From the NCBI GenBank assembly GCA_963664815.2, contig CAXXHB010000003.1, forward strand, positions 3,104,001 through 3,168,000: a stretch of DNA of 64,000 bases. Direction: 5' to 3'. Of this stretch, positions 1-10,324 are shown one piece after another. A program made the translations under genes and the position numbers. Under the pieces are notes generated by a model, which saw nothing but the letters and a program-made list of their open reading frames with translations, made no database searches and had not been told where the DNA came from. This stretch comes from Spirochaetota bacterium. GTDB lineage: Bacteria > Spirochaetota > UBA4802 > UBA5550. Position 1 is the stretch's first letter, and the number at the start of each line of letters is the position of its first letter.

Positions 1-239
1 TTTGGATGTCCGTAATAAGCAACTACATGATTTTCTTCAAAAATTGTCGGTGAAAGGAACATACCGTTTAAAAGTTTACTGTGTATTTCCGCTGCATATT
101 TACTCTGACCGGAGAGTCTTCCTGTTATTGCTATTGCCCTTTTTATGAAGGAACGTGAATAATCCGAGGTCAAAATATTTCCTGGTATAATCACAGATAT
201 AAAAATGATTATAGTTATAATAAACCTGTTTCTTTTCAT
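1..239 (-). CDS. Exported hypothetical protein, 5' part only (runs off the window start)
   Basis: Manual translation from ATG at 239: MKRNRFIITIIIFISVIIPGNILTS...HVVAYYGHP. Basic-then-hydrophobic signal-like N-terminus; GGAGAA SD at 245-250. Confidence 0.7.
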   Translation of the reverse strand, partial: MKRNRFIITIIIFISVIIPGNILTSDYSRSFIKRAIAITGRLSGQSKYAAEIHSKLLNGMFLSPTIFEENHVVAYYGHP

Positions 240-294
240 ATAATTCTCCCGGGATAATATTAATATCGGATTAATACCGGGTTTATTTAAAAAA

Positions 295-434
295 ACCGGA
301 CGTTTCTCTTTTAATCCGCCGCAGGAAAACTGTTTCCCGGGAGTACACCCGAAGTATTTTTCCCGACATAAATGCTCCGGTTTCACAACTGTAGTTCATC
401 AGCCTGAAAGATGATAAATCACAGGCTGTCCGGT
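295..434 (-). ncRNA. Candidate structured 5' leader or small RNA
   Basis: Starts just after a near-consensus promoter. 5' ACCGGAC pairs with 3' GUCCGGU followed by a U-run; internal stems AGCCUG/CAGGCU and CGGGA/UCCCG with a UUCG loop. Confidence 0.35.
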
Positions 435-439
435 CAAAC

Positions 440-469
440 ATTATAAACGAAAGAGTAAAAAAAAGTCAA
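440..469 (-). promoter_or_regulatory. Sigma70-type promoter
   Basis: Minus strand TTGACT-N18-TATAAT. Confidence 0.6.
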
Positions 470-478
470 ATACAGGCT

Positions 479-2701
479 TTAACCATTCAATATCTCATTA
501 ATACTACGGGAAAGTTCAACGGCAGTATAAGGTTTCTGTATAAAACCCGATGCACCCCTGGATATTGCCTCAGATACCCTTTCATCTTCTGAATATCCGG
601 AGCTGAATAATACTTTAACGGCACTATTAATTTTTTTAAGCTCATCAAAAACCTCAAATCCGGACATACCGGGCATGGATACATCCAGGAGTATGGCACC
701 TATTCTGTCGATATTTTTCTCATAAATTGAAATACCTTCAAGACCATTTGAAGCTTTCAATACGTTGTAACCGCAAAATGAAAGAATATTCTGCGCAACA
801 GACTGAATAAACACCTCGTCGTCAATAACCAGTATTGTTTTATTCCCCTTGACCAGTTGTTTATCACTGCCTGAGGCTACGATATCATTTATGTTTTGTG
901 ATAATTCCGGAAGATATATCCTGAAACAGGAACCTTTATTAATTTCAGATTCAAGTTCAATAAAACCTCCAAGATGTTGAATAAGATTATATGCCATAGA
1001 AAGACCAAGCCCTGTTCCGGATTCCCTTTTTTTCAGCGTAAAAAACGGTTCGAAAATACGATTCTGTGTAACCTCATCCATTCCTACTCCAGTGTCTGTA
1101 AACTCAATCCTGATATAACGCTCCTGCTCTATGCCATCTTCACTATTTAAAAATCCAGGTTTTAATGATTCTACCTGTGATATATGGATCAGAAGATTTC
1201 CACCCTCCTTTTCCCCTGGTTCTCTCATTATAGTCATAGCATGAGAGGCATTGACACAGAAATTCAGGAATATCTGTTCAATCAGGGCAGAGTCAGCCAT
1301 TACCATCATTGGCCCGGGCCCATACAACACATTCAGCGAAACGCTTTTAGGAAAACTGTTTCTGCAGATATCAATAACATTTCCCATGGAGATATTAATA
1401 TCAACCGGCATAAGTTTTATTTCCTGTCTTCGAGACAGGAGGAGAAGTTTCCGGATCGTGTCTGATGCCCTTTTCGATGAATCAACGGCTATCTGTATAT
1501 AACTGTCAGTTTTAACTCTTTCGGTTATAGTCTCATTTTTAAGGATGATATCCAGAAGGCTTATGCTGCCCATAATAGCACCAAGCATGTTGTTAAAGTC
1601 ATGAGCAATCCCGCTGGTAAGGGTTCCGATAGCCTCCATCTTCTGTGACTGAATAAGCTGCATCTGTATCCTTTCATTCTCCTCCAGCGCTTGTTTCCTC
1701 TCAGTCACATCATTTCCTACACAGAGGATCTCTACTAGGCGTCCATCCTTGCCCCTGATAGATTTATTCGCCCATGTTATCCATACTCTTTTACCGTCAC
1801 GGGTCATATTTTCATTTTCATTGAACCTGAAATCGTCCGGGTTTTTTAAAATATTCTTTATCATGACGCCGAGATTACTCCCCGAACTGTCAGATTCCGG
1901 CACTATCGTACCCACGACATTCTTTCCTCTGATCTCATCAAATTTATATCCGAAAAAACGTTCTGCAAACTCATTTATAAAGGTAATTTCTCCCTCGGTG
2001 TTCATTCTCATTATGATACTGTTGGCGCTTTGAACCAGTTCACGGTAATTTTTCTCGCTGTTGCGCAGCTCCTCTTCCACTGCTTTTCTTTCGTTTACCT
2101 CCTGGCGCGTCAGGTCAATTGCACGCCTGTACTGTAAAATAAGGAAACGTACCAGAAGAGATATAGACAGGATAGAGGCGATGGTTATTATCATTCTGTT
2201 CATAAAAGCTGTTTCAGAAGTACGCAGCGGTTTCAGATAACCAAGGTAATAAGCCTCTCCTATTGAAAAGTATGAAATCAGCGAAACAGTCAGCACAACA
2301 TACATACCCCTGACCCCTCTCAATACAGCCATCATAAGAATTGCCAGGACATAAAGCAGCATTGCAGGAACATCAGTTCCACCGATAAAGTTCCCATATA
2401 TAGCAGCCAGCAATATAATCAGAGAAGGGATCAGGCTGCTTATACGCCAGAACCCTATATTGGCAAGCCACCACCCTGTCATGAACAGTATACTCATACA
2501 GAAAAGTATAATCACAGTGTCAGCGGGGATAATTCCGTAAAACCAGGCGATAACAGAAATAAGCGAAAAAGGTATTGCTATAAGGGAAATAGTAATAAGT
2601 GTCATTTTTGCCATGTATTCCATGAGCCTCGAATCAGCATCTTCGGAACGGGGAATCGTAAACATGTCCAGCAATGGCGAAAAACGCTCCTTCAATCTCA
2701 T
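479..2701 (-). CDS. Membrane-bound hybrid sensor histidine kinase (multi-TM, PAS, HisKA, HATPase, REC)
   Basis: Several hydrophobic helices, PAS, H-box GIAHDFNNML, G-boxes DTGVGM and GTGLGL, C-terminal receiver ILVIDDE...LLDVSMP...FIQKPY. Confidence 0.93.
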   Translation of the reverse strand: MRLKERFSPLLDMFTIPRSEDADSRLMEYMAKMTLITISLIAIPFSLISVIAWFYGIIPADTVIILFCMSILFMTGWWLANIGFWRISSLIPSLIILLAAIYGNFIGGTDVPAMLLYVLAILMMAVLRGVRGMYVVLTVSLISYFSIGEAYYLGYLKPLRTSETAFMNRMIITIASILSISLLVRFLILQYRRAIDLTRQEVNERKAVEEELRNSEKNYRELVQSANSIIMRMNTEGEITFINEFAERFFGYKFDEIRGKNVVGTIVPESDSSGSNLGVMIKNILKNPDDFRFNENENMTRDGKRVWITWANKSIRGKDGRLVEILCVGNDVTERKQALEENERIQMQLIQSQKMEAIGTLTSGIAHDFNNMLGAIMGSISLLDIILKNETITERVKTDSYIQIAVDSSKRASDTIRKLLLLSRRQEIKLMPVDINISMGNVIDICRNSFPKSVSLNVLYGPGPMMVMADSALIEQIFLNFCVNASHAMTIMREPGEKEGGNLLIHISQVESLKPGFLNSEDGIEQERYIRIEFTDTGVGMDEVTQNRIFEPFFTLKKRESGTGLGLSMAYNLIQHLGGFIELESEINKGSCFRIYLPELSQNINDIVASGSDKQLVKGNKTILVIDDEVFIQSVAQNILSFCGYNVLKASNGLEGISIYEKNIDRIGAILLDVSMPGMSGFEVFDELKKINSAVKVLFSSGYSEDERVSEAISRGASGFIQKPYTAVELSRSINEILNG

Positions 2702-2770
2702 AACTTTTCCTTAATTTACTAATCCGGAAATCCGGGACACAGGAGAATACTAAAAGAAAACATGTATGGA

Positions 2771-4900
2771 TTAATTATCAATACCTTTTTTTACACTTAA
2801 AAGAACTGTAAAAATCTCTTCCATAACAAACGGCTTCATTATAAAACCGTTCATTCCACATTTAACCGATTTTTTCCTTGATTCCTCAAAAATATCTGCA
2901 GAAATTGCATAGATCGGGGTATTTTTACAGTGTCCGTCCCCCGATCTTATCATTTCCGTGGCTTCCATCCCATTATAGACCGGCATCTGAAAATCCATAA
3001 GTATAAGATCATATTTTTCAGCAGCGGCCATTTCTACAGCCTGCTCTCCAGTATATGAAACTTTAAAACTGCATCCTGCTTTCTTCAGTATATTCTCAAG
3101 CACACGGACATTTATTTGGTTATCATCAGCGATGAGAATATTAAGCCCGATCTCTTTAACAGTTCTCAAAACCGGTTTAAGAATTTCACCCATGCGGCAC
3201 TTCAAACTCATCCTGACTGTAAACACACTCCCGCTGCCCGGAGTACTTTTCACCTCCAGTGAACCGTTCATTAATTCAATCAGGCTTTTTGTAATGGCAA
3301 GACCGAGCCCTGTACCTCCGGTAAATGCAGCAGGATCATGAACCTGTTCGTATTTTTCGAAAATACGGCCCAGCTGTTCTTCTGTCATTCCTACACCGGA
3401 ATCCTTAACTTCAAAGGCAAACTCCGTTACATCTCCGGCAATGGTTTTCGATGTAGCCGTAAAAGTAATTTCCCCTTTTATAGTGTACTTAACGGCATTA
3501 CCACCGATATTGAGGAGAATCTGTTTCAGCCTTTTCTCGTCACCTTCGGCTATAACATCTTTTTCTATCCTGTTATCGAGAACAATGTTCAACCCTTTAT
3601 CCATGGCAAAACCTTTAAGAACAAGAATTACATCTTCAATCATTGCATTGATACTGAACGGCCTGCCGGTTAATTCAAATTTTCCCGATTCTATCTTTGA
3701 CAGATCGAGTATATCATTAATTATATTCAATACTGACCTTGATGACTTCACCAACCCGTCTGCAAGACACCTCTGTTCAGAGTCAAGGCTGGTTTCAATG
3801 AGCATATCGGCAAACCCCATTACTCCGGTCATTGGTGTGCGGATTTCATGACTCATGTTTGCCAGAAACTCACTCTTCGTTTTTGTAGTCTGTTCCGCTA
3901 TTGCTTTCTGTATTTCAGTCTCTTTAATTACTTCTCCGAGTTTTGCTTCAACATTCTTATTAAGCGTTATCATTTCCATAATTCTTCTAAACTCGAAAGA
4001 AGTGTATTTGTTATAAACGGAAGAGGGAGTATAATCAGCCGTATAGAGCGCCCTGTACAGTTCCTTCACGGGATAGACCACACTCCGGAAGAATGCCGTT
4101 GTCAGAATTATAAAAAATATAATATATATGTATAAATAATATTCAAAAGCCCTGTCGGCATTTTTTATCTCTCGTATAAAATGCATATCCACCAATACTG
4201 TCAGGTATGCTGCTGTGATCCCGTTTATATCGACAAGAGGCGCATTCAAAGTAATAGCATCATCTATTAAATATGAATCCCGTTTCTGTAAATTAATCCA
4301 CGCCGCTTTTATGTGTGATGAACCGGATTTTACCTGAGATATAAAATTATTATCACAGGGGACTGCCGTGATAATAAAACCGGCAGGTTTTGTCTTTTTC
4401 ACTCTGTCGCTGCCGGAATGTATGGATATAGCCGTCATAAAATAAGCGATATGATTATCAAGAAAATAAAAGGTAAAGAATCTCTCCGATTCAAATTTAT
4501 TTTTTAAAGATGGAATAATACTCTCCATATTCTCTACACTGTTTGAAAAATTTCTGTTTTTAAAATGATATATATTCTTAAAACCTGGATCATAAATCCA
4601 GATCTCCCCTATATTATATAATTCACCACTCAGATCAATTTTATCAGCAAGAAAATCGCTTTTCCGGTTTTTTATAAAATCTACAGTTTCATTCCATAAA
4701 GAAATATCCTGTAAATATTTTGAAACCGGGAGGCTCAACTGAACAAGATACCTTTCAAGAATTTCGAGATCCTTTTTTTCAAGCTCGCTGATGAATAGCC
4801 GTGTTTCCTTCTTTTCCCTGTATTCATACAAAACAATAAAAATGCTGAAAATAAGGGCAAAAACCGCAACAAGAATCAATCCCCTTGTTATTAATCGCAT
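2771..4900 (-). CDS. Hybrid sensor histidine kinase with CHASE4-like extracytoplasmic domain (BarA-type core)
   Basis: Two TM segments flanking DISLWNETVDFI (CHASE4-like); H-box FLANMSHEIRTPM; GTGLGL; receiver ILIADDN...LMDFQMP. Confidence 0.9.
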   Translation of the reverse strand: MRLITRGLILVAVFALIFSIFIVLYEYREKKETRLFISELEKKDLEILERYLVQLSLPVSKYLQDISLWNETVDFIKNRKSDFLADKIDLSGELYNIGEIWIYDPGFKNIYHFKNRNFSNSVENMESIIPSLKNKFESERFFTFYFLDNHIAYFMTAISIHSGSDRVKKTKPAGFIITAVPCDNNFISQVKSGSSHIKAAWINLQKRDSYLIDDAITLNAPLVDINGITAAYLTVLVDMHFIREIKNADRAFEYYLYIYIIFFIILTTAFFRSVVYPVKELYRALYTADYTPSSVYNKYTSFEFRRIMEMITLNKNVEAKLGEVIKETEIQKAIAEQTTKTKSEFLANMSHEIRTPMTGVMGFADMLIETSLDSEQRCLADGLVKSSRSVLNIINDILDLSKIESGKFELTGRPFSINAMIEDVILVLKGFAMDKGLNIVLDNRIEKDVIAEGDEKRLKQILLNIGGNAVKYTIKGEITFTATSKTIAGDVTEFAFEVKDSGVGMTEEQLGRIFEKYEQVHDPAAFTGGTGLGLAITKSLIELMNGSLEVKSTPGSGSVFTVRMSLKCRMGEILKPVLRTVKEIGLNILIADDNQINVRVLENILKKAGCSFKVSYTGEQAVEMAAAEKYDLILMDFQMPVYNGMEATEMIRSGDGHCKNTPIYAISADIFEESRKKSVKCGMNGFIMKPFVMEEIFTVLLSVKKGIDN

Positions 4901-5161
4901 TAATCCACCTTCGTAAAATTAAAAATACATTTATTCTATCAGATGTCAGTAAATTAGTCAATCATGTAAACCCTGTTAAAGGGGATTATAACTTATCAAA
5001 GAGCTGCACTATGTGATTTAAATTTACATCTTTACTTCAGACTGTTGTAAACCTCAAGGAAAACAGCAAAGTTTTCAATAAAAACCTCAGGAAGTACGTA
5101 TCGAATATAATTACGGAATTATCCTTTATGCAGTCAAAGGTCCTGTTCATTCCATTCAGAT

Positions 5162-5536
5162 TTATTCTTTTTTCTCCCTGCCTTCAGCTGCCGCCTTCAG
5201 TTCCTTCAGGTGAATTGCCGGTTTTCTTACAATGCAGTTATTATCTACACCGGATGCCCGGAGTTCATCAGTTATACTGAAGTCGATCGATCCTGTATAT
5301 ATAACAAACCTTGTCTCAGGCCTCAGCCTGTGAGCCGCTGTGATAAAATCAACTCCCGTCATACCCGGCAGGCGCATATCTACGATTACACACTCTGCAC
5401 TTTTACTCTTCAGGTGTTCAAGCGCCTCTTCGGCAGTACTGTAAACATCAACATCCCATCCGCAGTCTTCAAAATAATCCTTTATCGGGAGACGGATAAA
5501 TTCCTCATCATCAACAATTATCAGCCTTGTCTGCAC
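5162..5536 (-). CDS. Single-domain response regulator
   Basis: IIVDDE...IVDMRLPG...RKP receiver motifs; GTG start overlaps the stop of the upstream kinase. Confidence 0.9.
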   Translation of the reverse strand: MQTRLIIVDDEEFIRLPIKDYFEDCGWDVDVYSTAEEALEHLKSKSAECVIVDMRLPGMTGVDFITAAHRLRPETRFVIYTGSIDFSITDELRASGVDNNCIVRKPAIHLKELKAAAEGREKKE

Positions 5537-8500
5537 TAAATCCTCCTTCCGGCAGGCAACGTAATTATAAAATTCGTGCCGGCTCCCGGCGATGATTCAA
5601 CCGAAATAGTACCCCCATGACCGTCAACTATTATATAATACGAAACAGACAGCCCGAGTCCCGTTCCTACTCCCGGTTCCTTTGTTGAAAAAAAAGGTTC
5701 AAAAATCCTTCTTCTTGTCAGTTCATCCATACCGGGGCCGTTATCTCCTATTTCTATTCTGACACCGCCGTCAGTTTTCAATGTTTTTATTGATATCTCG
5801 TGTTCACGTGAGCGGTTATGCCCGGACGAATCCATAGCCTGAGCCGAGTTTTTGAACAGGTTAAGGAAAACCTGCTCAACGGGCGTCTCCGCACACTGAA
5901 TTTCCGGAAGATCACCAAAGTCTTTTATTATTCGAATATTCCTGAAATCATATTTCCTCCGGAGATCGTAATCGTTTGACGCAAGATCAAGCGCTTTTTC
6001 AATAAGCGTGTTTATGTTAATATATGCAAATTTTGACTCTGTACCACGGCTGAACTGCAGCATATTGCCCACAATCCTTGCTGCCCTTTCACCTGCTTCT
6101 CTGATTGAATCGAGGTACCTGTCTATTCTGCGCGATTTCACATATTCCCTTATATCAGACAATGCTGTTCCTGCTGCATAAGCGGCATTGAGATTACCAG
6201 GAATGTCATCCATCAGGCGGTGAATAGCATTTTCGGCATTCTGCATTATTATTCCCAGAGGATTGTTTATCTCATGTGCCATTCCCGCGGCGAGCCCCGC
6301 TACAGTTATCATTTTTTCAGACTGTATAAGCATCTCCTGCGTTTTAATTCTTTCCGTAACATCATCCATCAGACATTCAATATATTCGGGAGTTCCGTCA
6401 GACTTCGCGACCATCCTCAGGTTGAGACCTCCCGTAAATTCCGTACCATCGCGCCTTTTAAGCTGAACAATACAGTTATGCGGATTTTCCCCGGAAAACA
6501 TACTTTCCCTTACTGCAAACCAGTCGCTTTTTGAAACATAAACATTCGACGTGTTATTCGAGAGAGCCGATTTGGCTTCTTCCTCTGTACTATAACCGAA
6601 TATCCGCAGGCAGGCAGGATTGATATCAATGAAACGTCCATCTATACCGGAACGCATATAACCTATGGTCATATTATTAAATATATTCCTGAATTTTTCC
6701 TCACTTTCCCTCAAAGCTTCAACGGCAAGCTTTCTTTCAGTTATATCTTCAATAATCAAAACAACATTGCTCACTTCACCGCTGTTGCTCCTGAGCGGAT
6801 ATGCCCTCCCGGTAAGCCAGAACATATCAACCCTGTGTCCGGCAGATGGCGGGTTATAGCGTTGTTCCGGGAAGTCAACCGGATTCCCCTTAAATGCCAT
6901 TTTAATCAGATCAGTGACAACCGCTACCTGCCGGTCCATAAAAATGTTATATTTACCAATAGCCTTTTTCTTATCGACGCCCCACATTCTCACCCATGCC
7001 TCATTGGCGTCAGCCATATATCCGCTGTTGTCAAGTATAACCATTGGAAGCGTTGACTGTTCCATTACAGCTTTGAATTTAAGTTCGCTTTCACGAAGTG
7101 CCTTTTCAGCACGATTCAATTCTGTCACATCATTAAATGTCGCACAAAATCCCGCAGAGTAGTCTGCAGGATCGACCGGCGTGAGACTGAGAAGGCAGTT
7201 TAATATCTCACCGGACTTAGTCAATACAGTTCCTGTTGCAATCCCGTGCCCCTCTCTGAACATCATGCCGTAAAGTTCACGTCCCACGCGTTCGTTCTCC
7301 TGATCACTGATATAGAGAATCCCTGTAGGACAGCCAATAAGTTCATATTCTTCATAGCCAAGAAGGTTACACAGATACTTGTTTACCTTTGTAAACCTGC
7401 GGTCAACTATCATACCCACACCCACAAGAAGAGCATTAAAAAGACTTTTCAGTTCCGATTCATTCTTACGGAGAGCCTCTTCTGCCTCTTTGAGTTCGGT
7501 TATCTCCGTAATTATTGTCAGAGTACACTCTTCATCATTGATAATTATTGGATATATCGACGCCAGTTCGTGTAAAATCTTACCATGGCTGCCTTTTAAT
7601 CTGAAATGAAACCGGTCAACATACCCATCTCGTTCAAATTCCTCCTTAATAAGCGATATGTCCTGCGGATCAACCAGCTCTGAAAAATCTGAATGTGTGT
7701 GATTTATCACATTCTCTTTTTTCAAACCACTTTTTTCCAGATACTTCCTGTTAACATCAACGAATTTACCGTCACTGTTTCTGTTTATAGAGATTGAATA
7801 CGGTGAATTCTCAAAAATAGTACGGAATTTTTCCTCCCTTTCATGAATCTCCCTGTCAGCTTTTTTTCTCTCAGAAATGTCTCTGACAATACCCAGCGCA
7901 GCAGTATAGCTGCCACCGGCATCTTTTATAAGAAAAGACCTCATTTCTACCGGTATTAAAACACCATCTTTCCTTATATACTCCTTTTCATAAACATCGG
8001 AATAACCCCTTACCAGAAGCTGTTCCATCAGGACTGATTCCTCATCTTCTATCCATTTTTCGGGAGAGATATCCCTGTATGTAAATATTTTTAACTCATC
8101 CCCGGTATAACCAAGAAGCTCCTGATATGCACGGTTTGAATCAATGATATATCCCTGCATATTGACAACAACAACCGCATCCATAATGCTTTCATAAAGT
8201 CCCCTGTATTTACTTTCGCTTTCAATAAGGCTTTTTTGCGTTTCAAAAAGCTCCTGATTTATTGCCTCCATTTCCTCAAAGGCTGCCTGCATCTCTTCAT
8301 TGACAGATTCAAGCTCCTGCTTCTGCCTGTTGATGTTGATATTTGCTTCATAAAGCCTGAAGGCCATCTTTATCGCTGTTATGAGAACCGTTTCACCTGT
8401 GCTTTTTACTACAAACCCATAGGAAACAACCCTTTCAATTTTCTTCAGAATATCCTTTTCAGTATGAACTGACAGAAAAACAACAGGAATATCTCTGCGG

Positions 8501-8727
8501 CGAAGAATCGCATCTGCAGTTTCAACTCCATCCATTATGCCGTTAAGAGTTATATCAGTAAGCACAAGATCAATAGAATCATTACTTATAACTATCTCCA
8601 GTGCATCCTCCCCATTAACGGTTAAAAGTACATTATATCCGTTCTTCTCAAGAATCTCTCTCTCAAGCTTAGCAGTTATCTCTTCATCCTCGATCAGAAG
8701 TATTGTTTTATTTCCTTGGTTTTTCAT
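5536..8727 (-). CDS. Cytoplasmic histidine kinase: N-terminal REC, about 5 PAS, HisKA, HATPase
   Basis: REC ILLIEDE...LTDITL; repeated PAS ending in DI(T/S)E.K; H-box GMAHEINNPLG; DNGPGM; GTGLGL. Confidence 0.93.
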   Translation of the reverse strand: MKNQGNKTILLIEDEEITAKLEREILEKNGYNVLLTVNGEDALEIVISNDSIDLVLTDITLNGIMDGVETADAILRRRDIPVVFLSVHTEKDILKKIERVVSYGFVVKSTGETVLITAIKMAFRLYEANININRQKQELESVNEEMQAAFEEMEAINQELFETQKSLIESESKYRGLYESIMDAVVVVNMQGYIIDSNRAYQELLGYTGDELKIFTYRDISPEKWIEDEESVLMEQLLVRGYSDVYEKEYIRKDGVLIPVEMRSFLIKDAGGSYTAALGIVRDISERKKADREIHEREEKFRTIFENSPYSISINRNSDGKFVDVNRKYLEKSGLKKENVINHTHSDFSELVDPQDISLIKEEFERDGYVDRFHFRLKGSHGKILHELASIYPIIINDEECTLTIITEITELKEAEEALRKNESELKSLFNALLVGVGMIVDRRFTKVNKYLCNLLGYEEYELIGCPTGILYISDQENERVGRELYGMMFREGHGIATGTVLTKSGEILNCLLSLTPVDPADYSAGFCATFNDVTELNRAEKALRESELKFKAVMEQSTLPMVILDNSGYMADANEAWVRMWGVDKKKAIGKYNIFMDRQVAVVTDLIKMAFKGNPVDFPEQRYNPPSAGHRVDMFWLTGRAYPLRSNSGEVSNVVLIIEDITERKLAVEALRESEEKFRNIFNNMTIGYMRSGIDGRFIDINPACLRIFGYSTEEEAKSALSNNTSNVYVSKSDWFAVRESMFSGENPHNCIVQLKRRDGTEFTGGLNLRMVAKSDGTPEYIECLMDDVTERIKTQEMLIQSEKMITVAGLAAGMAHEINNPLGIIMQNAENAIHRLMDDIPGNLNAAYAAGTALSDIREYVKSRRIDRYLDSIREAGERAARIVGNMLQFSRGTESKFAYININTLIEKALDLASNDYDLRRKYDFRNIRIIKDFGDLPEIQCAETPVEQVFLNLFKNSAQAMDSSGHNRSREHEISIKTLKTDGGVRIEIGDNGPGMDELTRRRIFEPFFSTKEPGVGTGLGLSVSYYIIVDGHGGTISVESSPGAGTNFIITLPAGRRI

Positions 8728-8906
8728 AAATATTTATGTAAGTAATTTTTTTTTAATATACATATCTTTCAGACGCTTTTCGTCGAAAATTCTCCGGAAA
8801 AGTTGAAAAAACAGCTTAAAATTGAATAAATTGCTAAAAAATCCTTATCAGAAATTTATAACGCTCCGACAATGTAGCAAAGAGACTGAACAAGGAGGTT
8901 CTGGTC

Positions 8907-9194
8907 ATGAATATCAACATCAACTCCAATTACAATACCAATGAAATGATAAATATCAGGTTATCGCCTGATAAAGTTAAAAGCGGGGAAGTTACCCTCT
9001 CTATGTCCAGTTCCGGTACTATAGCTGACGAAACTTCGCGTTATGAAAAAGAAAAAATCCGAGAACAAATACAGCAGGCTGCAACTATGGATGTATCAGA
9101 AGTAAAAGATTTCCTCTTTATGCTTATCGGAGCTGAAGTAAAAGTAAAACCTGAAAACGACAAGTCAGGGTTATTGATTAACAGGCTTGTATAA
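8907..9194 (+). CDS. Hypothetical protein (95 aa)
   Basis: Strong AGGAGG SD upstream of ATG; divergent from the kinase; natural-looking sequence. Confidence 0.75.
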   Translation: MNININSNYNTNEMINIRLSPDKVKSGEVTLSMSSSGTIADETSRYEKEKIREQIQQAATMDVSEVKDFLFMLIGAEVKVKPENDKSGLLINRLV

Positions 9195-9510
9195 GTCCGT
9201 TAATCAATTCTATTATAGAACAATTCCCATTCATTCTTTTTTTTCTTCACGCATAAAAATTTATTGACCTTTCAGATAAAATTTGTACATTTTTATAAAA
9301 TAACGGTTCCATATCCATTTTAAATTATATATAAATTTATTTTTCTTATATCCAGTTTATAAAATTATTAAATAATATTATAAACTGATGACGAGTATTA
9401 TATATATGGTTAGTCTTTTTATCTGTTGAGGTTTATTTTAAATTATAACGGGAATTCAGGTATAATTTAACAGGTGAATAACTACAAATTTTTTACAGGA
9501 ATAATTGAGT

Positions 9511-9633
9511 ATGAGTAAAGAACTTCAGGAAAAAGCTGATAAAATAGTTCAGGAACTTCAGGAAGCGCTTATCCCGATCAGAAAAGAAATTAATACTATA
9601 AACAGCAGAAATAGCGGCGGAAGAAGAATTTAA
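9511..9633 (+). CDS. Small hypothetical protein (40 aa, helical)
   Basis: Manual translation MSKELQEKADKIVQELQEALIPIRKEINTINSRNSGGRRI; less AT-rich than its flanks; weak SD. Confidence 0.5.
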   Translation: MSKELQEKADKIVQELQEALIPIRKEINTINSRNSGGRRI

Positions 9634-9706
9634 TCATTATCATTTATCCCACCGAATATCCTTAATATTTCTGGCACGTATATACATATACAATGAGGTA
9701 ATTTCT

Positions 9707-10324
9707 ATGCCACCAAAAGGTGAAAAACGCAAACAGCAGATCATAGACATAGCAAAAGACATGTTCATAACCAGAGGATTCCAAAGCACTCATATCGGAC
9801 AGGTATGTGAAGAGCTTGATATTGCCAGGGGAACTGTTTACCAGTATTTCAGCAATAAAAAAGAAATTCTTTACGCCATTCTTGAAACAGTAGCTGAAAC
9901 CATTGAAGATATTCTCGATCCCGATGACCTGAAGGAGTTCCTCAGAATTAAACCTGATCACGCTACAATCATCAAGTTTGTCGATAACAGAATTTCCTCA
10001 TGTCTCTCTGTTTTTGCAAGTGAACCAATAGTAATAAGACTTATATACAGAGACATAGCCGGCATTGATGAAGAGGTCTCAGTAAAGGTTGCTATTTTCC
10101 TGGAAAAAATAAGTTCAATTATATCGAAGGAAATTGAAGTACTCCGTAATAACAATATTTTTAAAAGCGAAATAGAACCTGACATTGCCGCTTCAATGCT
10201 TGTTGGCGGGATCATGATGATTGTATATAAATACAGTGTGAAAAACAAGGATTACCAGAATAAAGTCGTTACAAAGGCTATGTCAGTTCTTTATCTTCAT
10301 GGAGTTTATGAAAATTTTGCGTGA
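9707..10324 (+). CDS. TetR/AcrR family transcriptional regulator
   Basis: HTH GFQSTHIGQVCEELDIARGTVYQYFSNKKEIL; GAGG SD. Confidence 0.93.
   Translation: MPPKGEKRKQQIIDIAKDMFITRGFQSTHIGQVCEELDIARGTVYQYFSNKKEILYAILETVAETIEDILDPDDLKEFLRIKPDHATIIKFVDNRISSCLSVFASEPIVIRLIYRDIAGIDEEVSVKVAIFLEKISSIISKEIEVLRNNNIFKSEIEPDIAASMLVGGIMMIVYKYSVKNKDYQNKVVTKAMSVLYLHGVYENFA

Noticed and set aside
388-403. Fluoride riboswitch-like GCUGAUGA..CUAC
   Set aside because: The 5' GAUGG-containing stem and pseudoknot partner are absent, and the downstream gene is not fluoride-related.
322-406. Hammerhead ribozyme (CUGAUGA...GAAA on the minus strand)
   Set aside because: Stem II and stem III cannot be formed with the required geometry; only the core words match.
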